A stretch of 64,000 bases of DNA, from the IMG/VR virus record IMGVR_UViG_3300037804_000399, positions 26,832-90,831 of that record; one strand, given 5' to 3'. Below are positions 1 through 9,515 of the stretch, piece by piece (position 1 is the first letter of the stretch; every line of letters starts with the position of its first letter). The DNA is from a virus. The position numbers and the translations under genes are program-made. Below the pieces are notes generated by a model. The model saw only the letters and a program-made list of their open reading frames with translations. It did not search any database and was not told the DNA's origin.

Positions 1-2
1 TT

Positions 3-137
3 CCTAGATCAGAGGAAGATGTCAGTGCTTCAAAGCTCAGAGCAGCCATTAAAAGCGGTGATTTTGATACAGCAAAGACTCTCGGTGGATCATATATGGA
101 TGAAGAAACTTTTAAACAATTACAAACTAAAATTTAA
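3..137 (+). CDS. C-terminal fragment of a HIGH-superfamily (cytidyltransferase-like) nucleotidyltransferase, 5'-truncated by the window edge
   Basis: Frame 3 reads PRSEEDVSASKLRAAIKSGDFDTAK...TKI*. SASK(L/M)R..A..GDF is the C-terminal motif of the cytidyltransferase-like proteins of T4-like phages. Not in the ORF track. Confidence 0.6.
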   Translation, partial: PRSEEDVSASKLRAAIKSGDFDTAKTLGGSYMDEETFKQLQTKI

Positions 138-144
138 TTACACC

Positions 145-172
145 TTGACTTATGAAGTTAAGGGTGTATATT
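145..172 (+). promoter_or_regulatory. Class-1 (early-type) promoter TTGACT-N16-TATATT
   Basis: TTGACT 145-150, TAAGGGTG, TATATT 167-172; same motif at 9118, 49929, 60271 and 62875. Confidence 0.75.
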
Positions 173-200
173 ATATAAAAGGATCGAGGACTTTAAAATT

Positions 201-752
201 ATGAATAAAGAAAAACAAAGTATCATGGAAGCTTATAACGCAATGATAAAAGAAGAACAATCTCCTGTTGCAATAAACCAATTTGTAGCTCTTGACATTC
301 TAAAGAAGATGGTCAAATCAAAAGTTCTATCTGCTGCAGCTGCAAGGTTTTTGGACATAGGGACAAGTGGTCGGATACGTTTTGGAGGGGAGTCAAGTGC
401 ACAGGGAAGTATATTTGATCCTAACGAAGATTACTTGACTCATAAAACCGAATGGCCAAATCCTGCAGACTATTGGTACAAAGAGTATGATTCTGAAAAG
501 AGTGATTGGTTAGTTGAACCTAAAAAAATGATGAAACATATGAAAAAGTCAATGATAACTGCTCTTCGTATTGCCAACAAGCAAGGAAGGATTGATGACT
601 TGGAATTTATTAATGAAATTCTCGAGCAAGGCGCAGACGTTCAAAAATTTAATAAAAAGCTAGATGGAGATGATCGCCGAGGTTTTCGAATGCTCGATCG
701 ATCTATGAATGATAGAGACATTGAAGACTTAACTTACAAAACCTGGAAATAA
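201..752 (+). CDS. Hypothetical protein with shared N-terminal leader (putative internal head protein)
   Basis: Starts MNKEKQSIMEAYNAMIKEE; GAGG RBS. Confidence 0.6.
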   Translation: MNKEKQSIMEAYNAMIKEEQSPVAINQFVALDILKKMVKSKVLSAAAARFLDIGTSGRIRFGGESSAQGSIFDPNEDYLTHKTEWPNPADYWYKEYDSEKSDWLVEPKKMMKHMKKSMITALRIANKQGRIDDLEFINEILEQGADVQKFNKKLDGDDRRGFRMLDRSMNDRDIEDLTYKTWK

Positions 753-754
753 TT

Positions 755-1252
755 ATGAAATATGAAAAGAAAGCAATCATGGAAGCTTATAACAAAGTTA
801 TAAGTGAAGATTTAGGTTATTCAACACAGTCCGATGTTATAGACTTTTTATATACGAGAAACTATCACTCTATTTTGGATCGTTTTGACAACCAAAGATT
901 TCATTCAACTGATAGCATCATTGATTTTTTACAATCAACTGAATTACCAGAAGAAGATTTAGATAAAATTATAGACATGATATCCCCAACAGTGAATGAA
1001 GGTTGGCAAGATGAAATTCCTGATAGAAGAGTTGTGTTTGACGAATATGAATTTGATGAACGACTTTCAACGATGGAAGAAGAGGACGGCATTTACACTA
1101 TAAAAAATTATATGATCACATGTGGAGAAGGAGATGAGCGATTAATTGTTTCGTCCCTCGATTCAAATACCATGATGGTGAATTTTCTAAATGGAGAATC
1201 TGTTGCTATAGGTGAACAGGGTAACATACAAACTTGGAGACATTATGAATAA
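755..1252 (+). CDS. Hypothetical protein with shared N-terminal leader
   Basis: Starts MKYEKKAIMEAYNKVISED. Confidence 0.6.
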   Translation: MKYEKKAIMEAYNKVISEDLGYSTQSDVIDFLYTRNYHSILDRFDNQRFHSTDSIIDFLQSTELPEEDLDKIIDMISPTVNEGWQDEIPDRRVVFDEYEFDERLSTMEEEDGIYTIKNYMITCGEGDERLIVSSLDSNTMMVNFLNGESVAIGEQGNIQTWRHYE

Positions 1253-1670
1253 TGAAAAACAATCAATTCACGAAGCTTATATAAAAATGATGAAAGAAGC
1301 CGAAACTGTAGTTGATATAGATGATTACGTTGATGTTATTGTAAATGGTCTTCGTCAAGGTATGCAAGCTCTGACTCAAATGTTGTTAGAAGAAGCTAAT
1401 ATTGGAAAGTTCGAAAATTTCAAACCCGAATCAATAGCAAAACGTATAAACATGTTTGGATATGCAATCAACCGATTGGAAAATGCTGAAGATGATCGAA
1501 AGCAAAGAAGTATAATATGGGACATCATTAAAGGCGTTTCAGAAACTGATAGTTGGATTCTTAACAAGGAAGTTTATGGAGATAAAGTTGCTGATGTGGC
1601 AAGTACATTGTCATCAGCTAGAGGAGCTTTCGGTTTGAATTTAGATTGGAGCAAGCTAGGATACTTCTAA
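1245..1670 (+). CDS. Hypothetical protein with shared N-terminal leader
   Basis: Likely start ATG 1245 after GGAG (MNNEKQSIHEAYIKMMKE), not 1212. Confidence 0.6.
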   Translation: MNNEKQSIHEAYIKMMKEAETVVDIDDYVDVIVNGLRQGMQALTQMLLEEANIGKFENFKPESIAKRINMFGYAINRLENAEDDRKQRSIIWDIIKGVSETDSWILNKEVYGDKVADVASTLSSARGAFGLNLDWSKLGYF

Positions 1671-1705
1671 AAAGAATATTTCTACCTATAAAAGATATTG
1701 ACATT

Positions 1706-1739
1706 AAAAAAAGCTCCTTTTAAGGAGCTTTTTCTTTTT
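1706..1739 (+). terminator. Intrinsic terminator
   Basis: AAGCTCCTT-TT-AAGGAGCTT inverted repeat followed by T-run. Confidence 0.85.
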
Positions 1740-1794
1740 ACTTACAATTCCGTGTCCAACGTGGAGTATATGGGAAACAATCAAGGAGAACTAA

Positions 1795-2319
1795 ATGCCT
1801 GCTAGACAAAAGGTCAAAGGAAATACTTGGGAAAGAAAAGTCGCTGAGATATTTTCAGAAGAAACTGGAACCCATTGGCAACGGAACATTTGCGGGAGTG
1901 GCGGATTCGTGGGAGGTAAAAATGCTCATAGAATAGCCCATTTAACTGAAAATCAGACATTGATGGCTAGAGGAGACATAGTTCCAGGAGATGGATTTGA
2001 AAAAACTATTATCGAATGTAAGTTTTATAAGGACTTTGCATTTCATAGTTTAATGGCTCTGAACGGAGTTTCTAAATTAAACGAATGGATAGAACAAGTA
2101 AACATAGATCACGAAGTGTCCAACAGTGAATTTTACTGCGTTGTATTTAAGATCAATCGCAAAGGCATGTTCATAGCATTTCCCAGTGACCTGTTAACTC
2201 CTATTAATAATTTTTGTACTTATCAGTATGCAGAAACCAACACCACCTTTGCAATAGAAGAATTTAACAATGAATGGGTTTCGAGAAATCTAGATGCTTT
2301 GAAGGAGCTAAACAAATAA
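1795..2319 (+). CDS. Holliday junction resolvase-like PD-(D/E)xK nuclease
   Basis: KGNTWERKVA...GDIV...IIECKFYK (Hjc-type G..(W/F)ER / D / ExK layout); sits with recombination genes. Confidence 0.75.
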   Translation: MPARQKVKGNTWERKVAEIFSEETGTHWQRNICGSGGFVGGKNAHRIAHLTENQTLMARGDIVPGDGFEKTIIECKFYKDFAFHSLMALNGVSKLNEWIEQVNIDHEVSNSEFYCVVFKINRKGMFIAFPSDLLTPINNFCTYQYAETNTTFAIEEFNNEWVSRNLDALKELNK

Positions 2320-2954
2320 TGGACGCACCTAACTCGTTTACTATCATAAATGCAATCATTAATAACGGATTAACTCTTGTACAGAAACAACTGACCCCAG
2401 CATTGAAAACTATTGAATCGATGTCAAAAATCAGAGAAAGTTACGAACTTCATTTTGACCGAAAAGGATATACTACTGAAGAATTTATAGAAGATGTTTA
2501 TGTCTCGATGTCTGGAATTATTAAAAAAGTTAGATTGAGTACTGATGGATTACGAAGAGTTGTAACAATCTCAAATACACACGGAATACAACAAACCGGG
2601 GGAAATATTTCAATTGAGGATTTCTTTATAGAGCTTGCAAAGAAACGATCCGGAGCTATTGTATATTTAACAAAGCTTCATAGGTTTTTGAGAAATGCAT
2701 TAGCTACTTCAAGGAATGAAGTATCTGAAGAATTTGTTGTAAAAATGTTTGACATTTTAGATGATATATTATTAGTTGTAGATGAATTAGTAATCCAAAA
2801 TGATTTAGAATATACCAGAGTGTGTAATATCAAACAACGATTTGAAATTATTTTAGATGATTTGTGGATGGAGGGAAACGGAAAGGGTGAAGAAGGTGGA
2901 TTTGATGATTTTGATGATTTTGATGATTTTGATGAATATGATGATTTGGAGTAA
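2319..2954 (+). CDS. Hypothetical protein with acidic FDD-repeat tail
   Basis: TAATG overlap start at 2319; C-terminal (FDD)n encoded by a 9-bp tandem repeat. Confidence 0.55.
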   Translation: MDAPNSFTIINAIINNGLTLVQKQLTPALKTIESMSKIRESYELHFDRKGYTTEEFIEDVYVSMSGIIKKVRLSTDGLRRVVTISNTHGIQQTGGNISIEDFFIELAKKRSGAIVYLTKLHRFLRNALATSRNEVSEEFVVKMFDILDDILLVVDELVIQNDLEYTRVCNIKQRFEIILDDLWMEGNGKGEEGGFDDFDDFDDFDEYDDLE

Positions 2955-2963
2955 AGGGATATT

Positions 2964-3257
2964 ATGACAAATAAGAAATTAACAATTTATGAATACTTGA
3001 AGGATATTTATACCACGAAAAGTGGTACTTTATGTGATAGAGATGATTTTAATAATACGTTCGTACCTTATATCATTATTAGATTTATATCAATGAGAAA
3101 AGATTCATTACATGTTGCTGCACTTGCTAATCATTATCAAACTTCAATGACAAAAAAGCAAATGTATAAATTTTTAGTTGCCACTGTGCCACATAGTAAA
3201 AATTCATTTGTAAAGTATATTGCAAAACCAAAAGTCAAAGAGGAAACAAATGATTGA
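2964..3257 (+). CDS. 62: Clamp loader small subunit (T4 gp62-like)
   Basis: FVPYIIIRFISM..D....A..AN......KKQMYKFL pattern of gp62. Confidence 0.7.
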   Translation: MTNKKLTIYEYLKDIYTTKSGTLCDRDDFNNTFVPYIIIRFISMRKDSLHVAALANHYQTSMTKKQMYKFLVATVPHSKNSFVKYIAKPKVKEETND

Positions 3258-3666
3258 TCCAGATAGAAATGTTTTACCCGAACTCATTCTTAAATACAAT
3301 GTAGATGTTGAAGAAGATTTAAACATCAATCAAATGAATATAAAAGAATCGAGTATGCAAACTCCTGGTTTAAAAACAAAGTGGTTGATGACTTATATTA
3401 ACGAACGAAGACTACTAACTGTTTTAAAAAATAGAAAGTATGATTTAGTACAATCATATATTGATGCTAACATGGGCCCAGGAAAGATCATTCCTACTTT
3501 GAAAATACAAGCAGAGCACTTGCCAAATGTTAGAGAATTAAATGATAAAATTACTACTCAACAAGACATTGTCGATTATTTAGAAGGAGTTAAAGATGTT
3601 TTTCAAAAACTTGACTTTACAATTAAGAATGTTGTGGACATTATCAAGCTAGAGAACTCTGTATAA
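3250..3666 (+). CDS. uvsY: Recombination mediator UvsY-like
   Basis: DLNINQMNIKESSMQTPGLKTKWL...FTIKNVVDI; directly upstream of uvsW; start ATG 3250 after GAGG. Confidence 0.75.
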   Translation: MIDPDRNVLPELILKYNVDVEEDLNINQMNIKESSMQTPGLKTKWLMTYINERRLLTVLKNRKYDLVQSYIDANMGPGKIIPTLKIQAEHLPNVRELNDKITTQQDIVDYLEGVKDVFQKLDFTIKNVVDIIKLENSV

Positions 3667-3672
3667 TACGTT

Positions 3673-5430
3673 ATGATAATAGATATTGACGAACACAAAT
3701 TTAATTACCTGAAGATTAAAATAGACGGCGAACATGAACTATATGTGTTTGATACTCTCCAAAAAGACATGTCTGTCACAAACAAGGCTGCTAGATTCAA
3801 TAAGTGGGCAAAGGATAGAATTTGTCCGATAACACTTACTGGATCATTTCCTGCTGGACTATATGCAGATGTTGTAAAGAATATTAAAAAGATTTCATCT
3901 GAAATTGAAATTGAAATTACAACATCAGCAAAAAAACTAATGTGTCCTTGGTCAGCAAAGACTGCAAATATTTCCACTTACTTACCTGAAGGATTTCAAT
4001 TAAGAGATTATCAACAAGAGTGCACTGAAAAATCTCTTCAATATGGAAGAGGCATTATAGAGTGTCCGACAGGTGGTGGTAAATCACTTATTCAATATTT
4101 GATTATTAAACATCTTCAAGAATACAATCTCAATAAGATTTTAGTATTGGTTCCGAACCTTCAATTGGTTACTCAAATTCATGCTGATTTTATTGATTAT
4201 GGATTTGATCCTTCAGCTGTCCAAATGTTCTCATCTTTTGACGATGAATTAGGAGACGCTCCAATTGTTATCACTAATAGAAGTTGGGTTCAGAAGTATT
4301 GTAAAGAAGAATTACGGTCTTTGGAAAAAGAATTAAAAGAGTGTGCTGTATTATTTAAAAAACTTACAAAAAACATAAAAGCAGTTCCTAGTAAAATTGC
4401 TATCAAAATGTTTGACTTACAAAAAGCATATAAAATAGTTAAAGATGAAAACAAGAAAATTATAGTACCTCCTAAAAATAAAATTACAGGAGTGTCTCCT
4501 ACGTGTTTACTTGACGAGCCTGATAAGATTCTTGCAAAAATGAAGAGACGAATCAAAGATATTCCTATTCGTATGAAGCATATCGTTGAAACAATTCCTG
4601 TGTTTAAACAATTCGATGCTGTATTTGTAGATGAAGTTCATCAACTATCAACAGGAAATCAAGTTACAAAGTTTGTACAGGACCTTCCCACTCTTATTAG
4701 ATTTGGATTTACAGGTACTCTTCAAGAGCAAGACACTAACGGTGCCGAAGACAGATGGAATATTATAGGGACGATTGGACCTGTATTATATTTCCAACGA
4801 GCTCATGAATTACAAAAAGATGACTTCTTAGCGCAATTAAAGATTCATGCTATTGAGTTAGTTCATAGTAGTCCGGTTCCGTATTCTGTTAATGGTGACA
4901 ACTTTAGACAAGTTCACATGTTAGAACAAGCATATATAGAAGAACTTGAACCTTATAATAATCTAATTGCAGGTATTGCAAATAAGGTGAATGGAAATTC
5001 ATTTGTATTATTTGATCATACTAAACACGGTAAAGAGTTATTTGAAATAGTAAAGAAGGTTTGTCCTTCTAAACAAGTATTCTTTATTAATGGTTCTGTT
5101 GCAATCGAAGATAGAGATGATATTAAACAAACTATGGTTGAGCATCAGGACTGTGTACTTGTTGGTAATATCAAATGTGTAGGTACTGGTTTGTCTATAA
5201 AGAACATTCGACATATTATATTTGCAATTAATGGCAAAGCTACGGTAAAGATCATTCAAGCTATTGGTCGTGGTATTCGTTTACATGAAGACAAGGAAAG
5301 AATGTACTTATATGATGTGTATCACAATTTAAAATATAGCGAAGATCACTTTAATCACAGAAGAAGGTTATATGAGAAGCATTACAAGCTTGTAATAAAT
5401 GATGAAGATATCAAAAAGATTAACATTTAA
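3673..5430 (+). CDS. uvsW: UvsW-like SF2 DNA helicase
   Basis: LRDYQ, CPTGGGKS, DEVH, GFTGT, QAIGRGIR motifs. Confidence 0.9.
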   Translation: MIIDIDEHKFNYLKIKIDGEHELYVFDTLQKDMSVTNKAARFNKWAKDRICPITLTGSFPAGLYADVVKNIKKISSEIEIEITTSAKKLMCPWSAKTANISTYLPEGFQLRDYQQECTEKSLQYGRGIIECPTGGGKSLIQYLIIKHLQEYNLNKILVLVPNLQLVTQIHADFIDYGFDPSAVQMFSSFDDELGDAPIVITNRSWVQKYCKEELRSLEKELKECAVLFKKLTKNIKAVPSKIAIKMFDLQKAYKIVKDENKKIIVPPKNKITGVSPTCLLDEPDKILAKMKRRIKDIPIRMKHIVETIPVFKQFDAVFVDEVHQLSTGNQVTKFVQDLPTLIRFGFTGTLQEQDTNGAEDRWNIIGTIGPVLYFQRAHELQKDDFLAQLKIHAIELVHSSPVPYSVNGDNFRQVHMLEQAYIEELEPYNNLIAGIANKVNGNSFVLFDHTKHGKELFEIVKKVCPSKQVFFINGSVAIEDRDDIKQTMVEHQDCVLVGNIKCVGTGLSIKNIRHIIFAINGKATVKIIQAIGRGIRLHEDKERMYLYDVYHNLKYSEDHFNHRRRLYEKHYKLVINDEDIKKINI

Positions 5431-5432
5431 TA

Positions 5433-5440
5433 TATAAATA
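5433..5440 (+). promoter_or_regulatory. T4-type late promoter
   Basis: TATAAATA upstream of the neck gene; gp55 is encoded in this window. Confidence 0.75.
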
Positions 5441-5480
5441 ACGGCAAATGAATTATAAATGTTGAACACGAGGACTAATA

Positions 5481-6233
5481 ATGAGTAACTTTTTAAATTA
5501 TTCGGTACAAGAAAAGACCGATCTGTCCGGTTGGATACTAAGAAAAATGGGCCACCCTTTAATTACAGTAGAAATAACAGAGTGTCAATTGATAGATGCT
5601 ATTGATGATGCTATGGAATTTTTTACAAAATATGTACAGTTCGACAGAGATTACTTTGGTGTTGACATGAATGAATACATACAAGGACAAGGAGTGCTTC
5701 TTCCTGACAATGTTGCCGGTGTTTTCTCATTAACTAATCAAGCTGCTGGTTCTTCTGATGCTAATAGATTATTTAGTATTCCCAATCAATTAATGAATGC
5801 AGGTATGTTACCTAGTCAGTCTACTATTGGTGGAGGATGGGTAACTTATGAACTGTCTCGACAATACATGGATATGGTATCGAGAATGATATCAGGTGGA
5901 AGTGGAGGATTTCAGTTTAGTTATAATCAAAGAACTAAAATGTTAAAGCTAGTTCCTGATCCAGCTAAGCAAGGTATGTTCGGACAAATAGTTTTAGGGG
6001 TAAATGTTCTACGTCCAGAGACGCAACTTTTTGGAGAACATGAAATCAAAAACCTTTCACTATCATACGCAAAGATGCAAGTCGGAACAAATAGATCAAA
6101 GATCAAAGGTGTTCAACTTCTTGGCGGCGGTAATATAGAAAATGATATGTACAACGAAGGTAAAGCTGAGAAAGAAAAGATCGAAGAAGACATTAAAAAA
6201 AATCAGGGAATTTCGGCATTCTTTGTTGGTTAA
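5481..6233 (+). CDS. 13: Neck protein (T4 gp13-like)
   Basis: WILRKMGHPLITVEITECQLIDAIDDAMEFF and C-terminal GVQLLGGG. Confidence 0.85.
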   Translation: MSNFLNYSVQEKTDLSGWILRKMGHPLITVEITECQLIDAIDDAMEFFTKYVQFDRDYFGVDMNEYIQGQGVLLPDNVAGVFSLTNQAAGSSDANRLFSIPNQLMNAGMLPSQSTIGGGWVTYELSRQYMDMVSRMISGGSGGFQFSYNQRTKMLKLVPDPAKQGMFGQIVLGVNVLRPETQLFGEHEIKNLSLSYAKMQVGTNRSKIKGVQLLGGGNIENDMYNEGKAEKEKIEEDIKKNQGISAFFVG

Positions 6234-6244
6234 CATGTAAAACA

Positions 6245-6291
6245 CCTTGGTTATTGCTTATAGAACTATAAGTAATGACAACAAACCAAGG
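6245..6291 (+). promoter_or_regulatory. RBS-sequestering hairpin with embedded late-promoter variant
   Basis: CCTTGGTT (6245-6252) pairs with AACCAAGG (6284-6291, overlapping the RBS); TATAAGTA at 6267-6274. Confidence 0.55.
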
Positions 6292-6299
6292 AACATATT

Positions 6300-7268
6300 G
6301 TGCCAGCTAAAATTACCAATGAAATATTCACTCAAAGGTTCTATGTGAACTTTGAGCCTAAGTATATTATAATTAAAGATTCCTTTATTAAAATGAGTAG
6401 TAAGGTAGGAATCAATTGTCCTGATCACGGAGATAATTGGGTGATTGCAAGTAGTTTATTTAGAAAGGATATTTCTTTACCTTGTCCTATTTGTTCAAGA
6501 CAAAAACTTAGTAAAAATATGCAACATACGTGTGAAGAGTTTGTACAAAAAGCAAAGTCATTCTCAAACTCTTCACATATTGACTACTCAAAAGTTGAGT
6601 ATAAAAATACTAACACCCCTGTTGTATTAATTTGTAAAGAACATGGTGAGTTTAAGTGTACTCCAAGAGCCCATTTGAGACTTCTACGAGATGGTGGCAC
6701 ACCTTGTAAGAAATGTAGAGGAAAGTCTCAATTAAAATCACATGACCAAGTTATTGAATCTTTTAGAAAAATACATGGTAACATGTATGATTATTCCAAA
6801 GTTGATTATAAAGGAGCTACTAAAAAAGTAATTATCACTTGTCCCAAACACGGTGAATTTCATCAAGTGGTTAGAAATCATTATTCAGGTGCTGGATGTC
6901 CAGTGTGCTGCGAATCGAAAGGTGAAAAGATTGTAAGACAATCACTAGAAGAGTCAAACATAAGTTTTATTAAAGAATATAAATTCGATGATTGCAGAGG
7001 TTACAAGCGACCACTTCCATTTGATTTTTATCTTCCTGAATTACATATTTGTATTGAGTATGATGGAATACAACATTTTGCTGGTGGCGATCATCACTTT
7101 GGTAAGAAAGGAGGATTTGAGGCTACTCAAAAGAACGATGACATCAAGACAAATTTCTGTAATGATAACGGCATTCAATTAATTAGAGTTGATTATACAA
7201 TGACAAGAGAAACAATCATAAATACTATTACTGAATTACACAATCAAAAGGAATACAAGTATGAATAA
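6300..7268 (+). mobile_element. Free-standing homing endonuclease-like gene (zinc-ribbon repeats + C-terminal PD-(D/E)xK domain)
   Basis: Three C-x-x-HG...C-x-x-C repeats, then ESKGE...LPFDFYLP...IEYDG.QH...D..K..FC. Confidence 0.75.
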
Positions 7269-7311
7269 AACACAAGATATTTTTAAAGCATATCGCAGTA
7301 TGCTCAATGAA
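7247..7311 (+). repeat. 65-bp direct repeat copy 1 (RBS + leader)
   Basis: Matches 8560-8624 with 3 mismatches. Confidence 0.9.
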
Positions 7312-7935
7312 GATGCTAATGAATTTGAGACAGGCACAGCAACTTTTAAAACAAACACTTATGCGTCATCATTGAAGAGATTTTTAACAAAAAGGTTAAA
7401 AGCTTCTACAGAAGGATTGCTGGTAGGTGACATTCTTTCAGGTGATAAGCCAGAAGTAGTATTTCAAAAAGATTTAAAAAGTGTTGATTATGTTATACCT
7501 AATAGGTTTTCAAATATATTATCTGATCGTGTAAAATCATTACAAGATCGAGAAAATGAAGCATTGGAGAGTGGAGAAATTTCTTTAAATGAGGGCCAAC
7601 CATTTTCAATTTTTCCAATTAATCCAACCAATGAATTGAAATCAATGCTAAATGACTGGTTTCCTGAATTACTCCAACATGCTCAAGCTTCATCAGAAAA
7701 ACTAGAACAGTTTGTTGGTAAAGATGTAAAAAAGGAAGCTTATGTTACTATACCATTTCCAGAAGATAATCCAATTTGGACCATAAGAGGTGAAGAATAC
7801 GATAGTGATGATAAAGAAATTAATGTTTCTGAAATCATCATAAGAAAGAATCAAAAGAATATTGGATCAATTCATGTTCCCACTGACTTAATGAATAAAT
7901 ATTTAGAAGACAAAAACATTACAATAGGATTTTAA
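7261..7935 (+). CDS. Hypothetical protein with shared N-terminal leader
   Basis: MNKTQDIFKAYRSMLNE; CATAAATA late-like site at 7217-7224. Confidence 0.6.
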   Translation: MNKTQDIFKAYRSMLNEDANEFETGTATFKTNTYASSLKRFLTKRLKASTEGLLVGDILSGDKPEVVFQKDLKSVDYVIPNRFSNILSDRVKSLQDRENEALESGEISLNEGQPFSIFPINPTNELKSMLNDWFPELLQHAQASSEKLEQFVGKDVKKEAYVTIPFPEDNPIWTIRGEEYDSDDKEINVSEIIIRKNQKNIGSIHVPTDLMNKYLEDKNITIGF

Positions 7936-7944
7936 GGATTTATA

Positions 7945-8544
7945 ATGAAACAAACAATAATGGAAGCATATAGTAACATTTCAAAGGATATTTTACAAGA
8001 TAGTATAAAAACTATTGTAACTGAAGATGCCAATGAAGAGTTTGAACAACAACTAGCTGATGATGATTATCAAAGAGGAATCGATCCACATTTTGATGAT
8101 GAAGATGGGAGTCCTGAGTTTGGTCCTGATGAAACAGACGATGAAAATAAGTATCTTGATGGTGCTTGGTACGCCACTATTTCAAAGAAGAAAGGTTTCA
8201 GAAGAGCGTTAAGATATAATGAAGTTCTTGGAACATTTGAAAATGGTCGTGGAGTTTCTGTAGATGAAAGCATAGCCTATATTGGAAAAGAAATACCTTT
8301 TTCATTCTGGCCAGTAGAATCATCAAATGAATCTATGATCATTCCTGGAGCAAAAGACACAATTGACAATCAATTGTCAAAAGATTGGGAAGCTGAAGAA
8401 GAAGTAGAAGCTGAAATCGATTCACGTGAACTTCCTAAAGGATCTGAGCCAGTAGAGCTCAAAGAAAGTAAAGTATTACCAACATCATCTATAATGGATG
8501 TATATAATAACATATCAACTGAACCTGTTGATAAAAACAGCTAA
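7945..8544 (+). CDS. Acidic hypothetical protein with shared leader
   Basis: MKQTIMEAYSNI; second leader-like copy SSIMDVYNNISTE near the C-terminus. Confidence 0.6.
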   Translation: MKQTIMEAYSNISKDILQDSIKTIVTEDANEEFEQQLADDDYQRGIDPHFDDEDGSPEFGPDETDDENKYLDGAWYATISKKKGFRRALRYNEVLGTFENGRGVSVDESIAYIGKEIPFSFWPVESSNESMIIPGAKDTIDNQLSKDWEAEEEVEAEIDSRELPKGSEPVELKESKVLPTSSIMDVYNNISTEPVDKNS

Positions 8545-8559
8545 ATTAATGATTAAACG

Positions 8560-8624
8560 AAAGGAATACAGGTATGAATAAAACACAAGATATTTTTAAA
8601 GCATATCACGGTATGCTCAATGAA
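8560..8624 (+). repeat. 65-bp direct repeat copy 2
   Basis: Matches 7247-7311. Confidence 0.9.
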
Positions 8625-9071
8625 TCAAACGTTATGAGTGAGAATGTTTCGGACGATGACTTCTATGTCATTTCAGAGTGGGACGGAGAGTATGATAACT
8701 GGACTGTTATTGGCGGACCGTTTACTAAAGTAAATGGTGAATGGATTTGTGCTAGTGATGTTGAAGGAGAGTATGGTGATAACGAGAGACTTCGTATTAT
8801 TTCAATAGCAACTTATGATGAGATGCTCAGAGATAATAAAGCAAATTACGATAAAATGACCAGTGGTAATGAATCAATTTCAGAATTAGGAGAATCATCT
8901 GATATGGATAAACTTTATTTATCCATAGACGAAAAACTACTAATCATTAGATTTGCGTTAGAAGAGGATTACGGAAACATTGAAGGTATACTTAATGACA
9001 TAAAAACTCAGATTGGTGAAGAAGAGTGGATGGAATTAGTATCAGCTGCTCGCAGAACTGCAAAGAAATAA
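8574..9071 (+). CDS. Hypothetical protein with shared leader
   Basis: MNKTQDIFKAYHGMLNE. Confidence 0.6.
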   Translation: MNKTQDIFKAYHGMLNESNVMSENVSDDDFYVISEWDGEYDNWTVIGGPFTKVNGEWICASDVEGEYGDNERLRIISIATYDEMLRDNKANYDKMTSGNESISELGESSDMDKLYLSIDEKLLIIRFALEEDYGNIEGILNDIKTQIGEEEWMELVSAARRTAKK

Positions 9072-9095
9072 CTCCAATTAAATATCAATTATTTT

Positions 9096-9126
9096 AGGCA
9101 ATTCCATTAATTTGGGGTTGCCTTTT
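9096..9126 (+). terminator. Intrinsic terminator overlapping the next -35 element
   Basis: AGGCAATTCCA...TGGGGTTGCCT + T-run. Confidence 0.65.
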
Positions 9127-9145
9127 GTGTTTAAGGGTGTATATT
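9118..9145 (+). promoter_or_regulatory. Class-1 promoter
   Basis: TTGCCT-N16 (containing TAAGGGTG)-TATATT. Confidence 0.7.
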
Positions 9146-9188
9146 AAAGTAAGGTAAGAAAGAAAAACGAACTTAAAAGGTATACAAA

Positions 9189-9515
9189 ATGAGACTCACT
9201 GAACTAACAAAAGATCACCTTTCACAACTAGAACGTCTTGGAAATGTAACAGAAGTAAACATGACGTTTAATAAAGGCAGTGTAGAATTTGATTTCTTCT
9301 CTGGTGTATCTAAACTAGGTCAAACTAAACTTCAACCAAATAAGAATGGTTGGAAAGTAGTAGAGAGATATGATTCTGAAATGATAGATCTTGAAGAAGA
9401 TCTTACTTGGCATTATCATGGTGCAACTGACGAACCAGTTGACTACCAAGAACAATATGAAGCAGAAGTCTCAGCTGCTCTATCTGGTTCACCTTACTGG
9501 AAAGCAAATGACTAA
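9189..9515 (+). CDS. Hypothetical early protein
   Basis: ORF with AAGG RBS directly after a class-1 promoter. Confidence 0.6.
   Translation: MRLTELTKDHLSQLERLGNVTEVNMTFNKGSVEFDFFSGVSKLGQTKLQPNKNGWKVVERYDSEMIDLEEDLTWHYHGATDEPVDYQEQYEAEVSAALSGSPYWKAND

Noticed and set aside
3-137. ATP sulfurylase completing the PAPS pathway
   Set aside because: Same superfamily, but the fragment fits the common phage cytidyltransferase-like protein better; the upstream sequence is needed
19-204. 61-aa ORF in the track
   Set aside because: The real gene end is in frame 3 (3-137); this ORF runs across the promoter
4297-4605. Intein in UvsW
   Set aside because: Begins near a Cys but has no HN-C/S/T end or Hint block motifs
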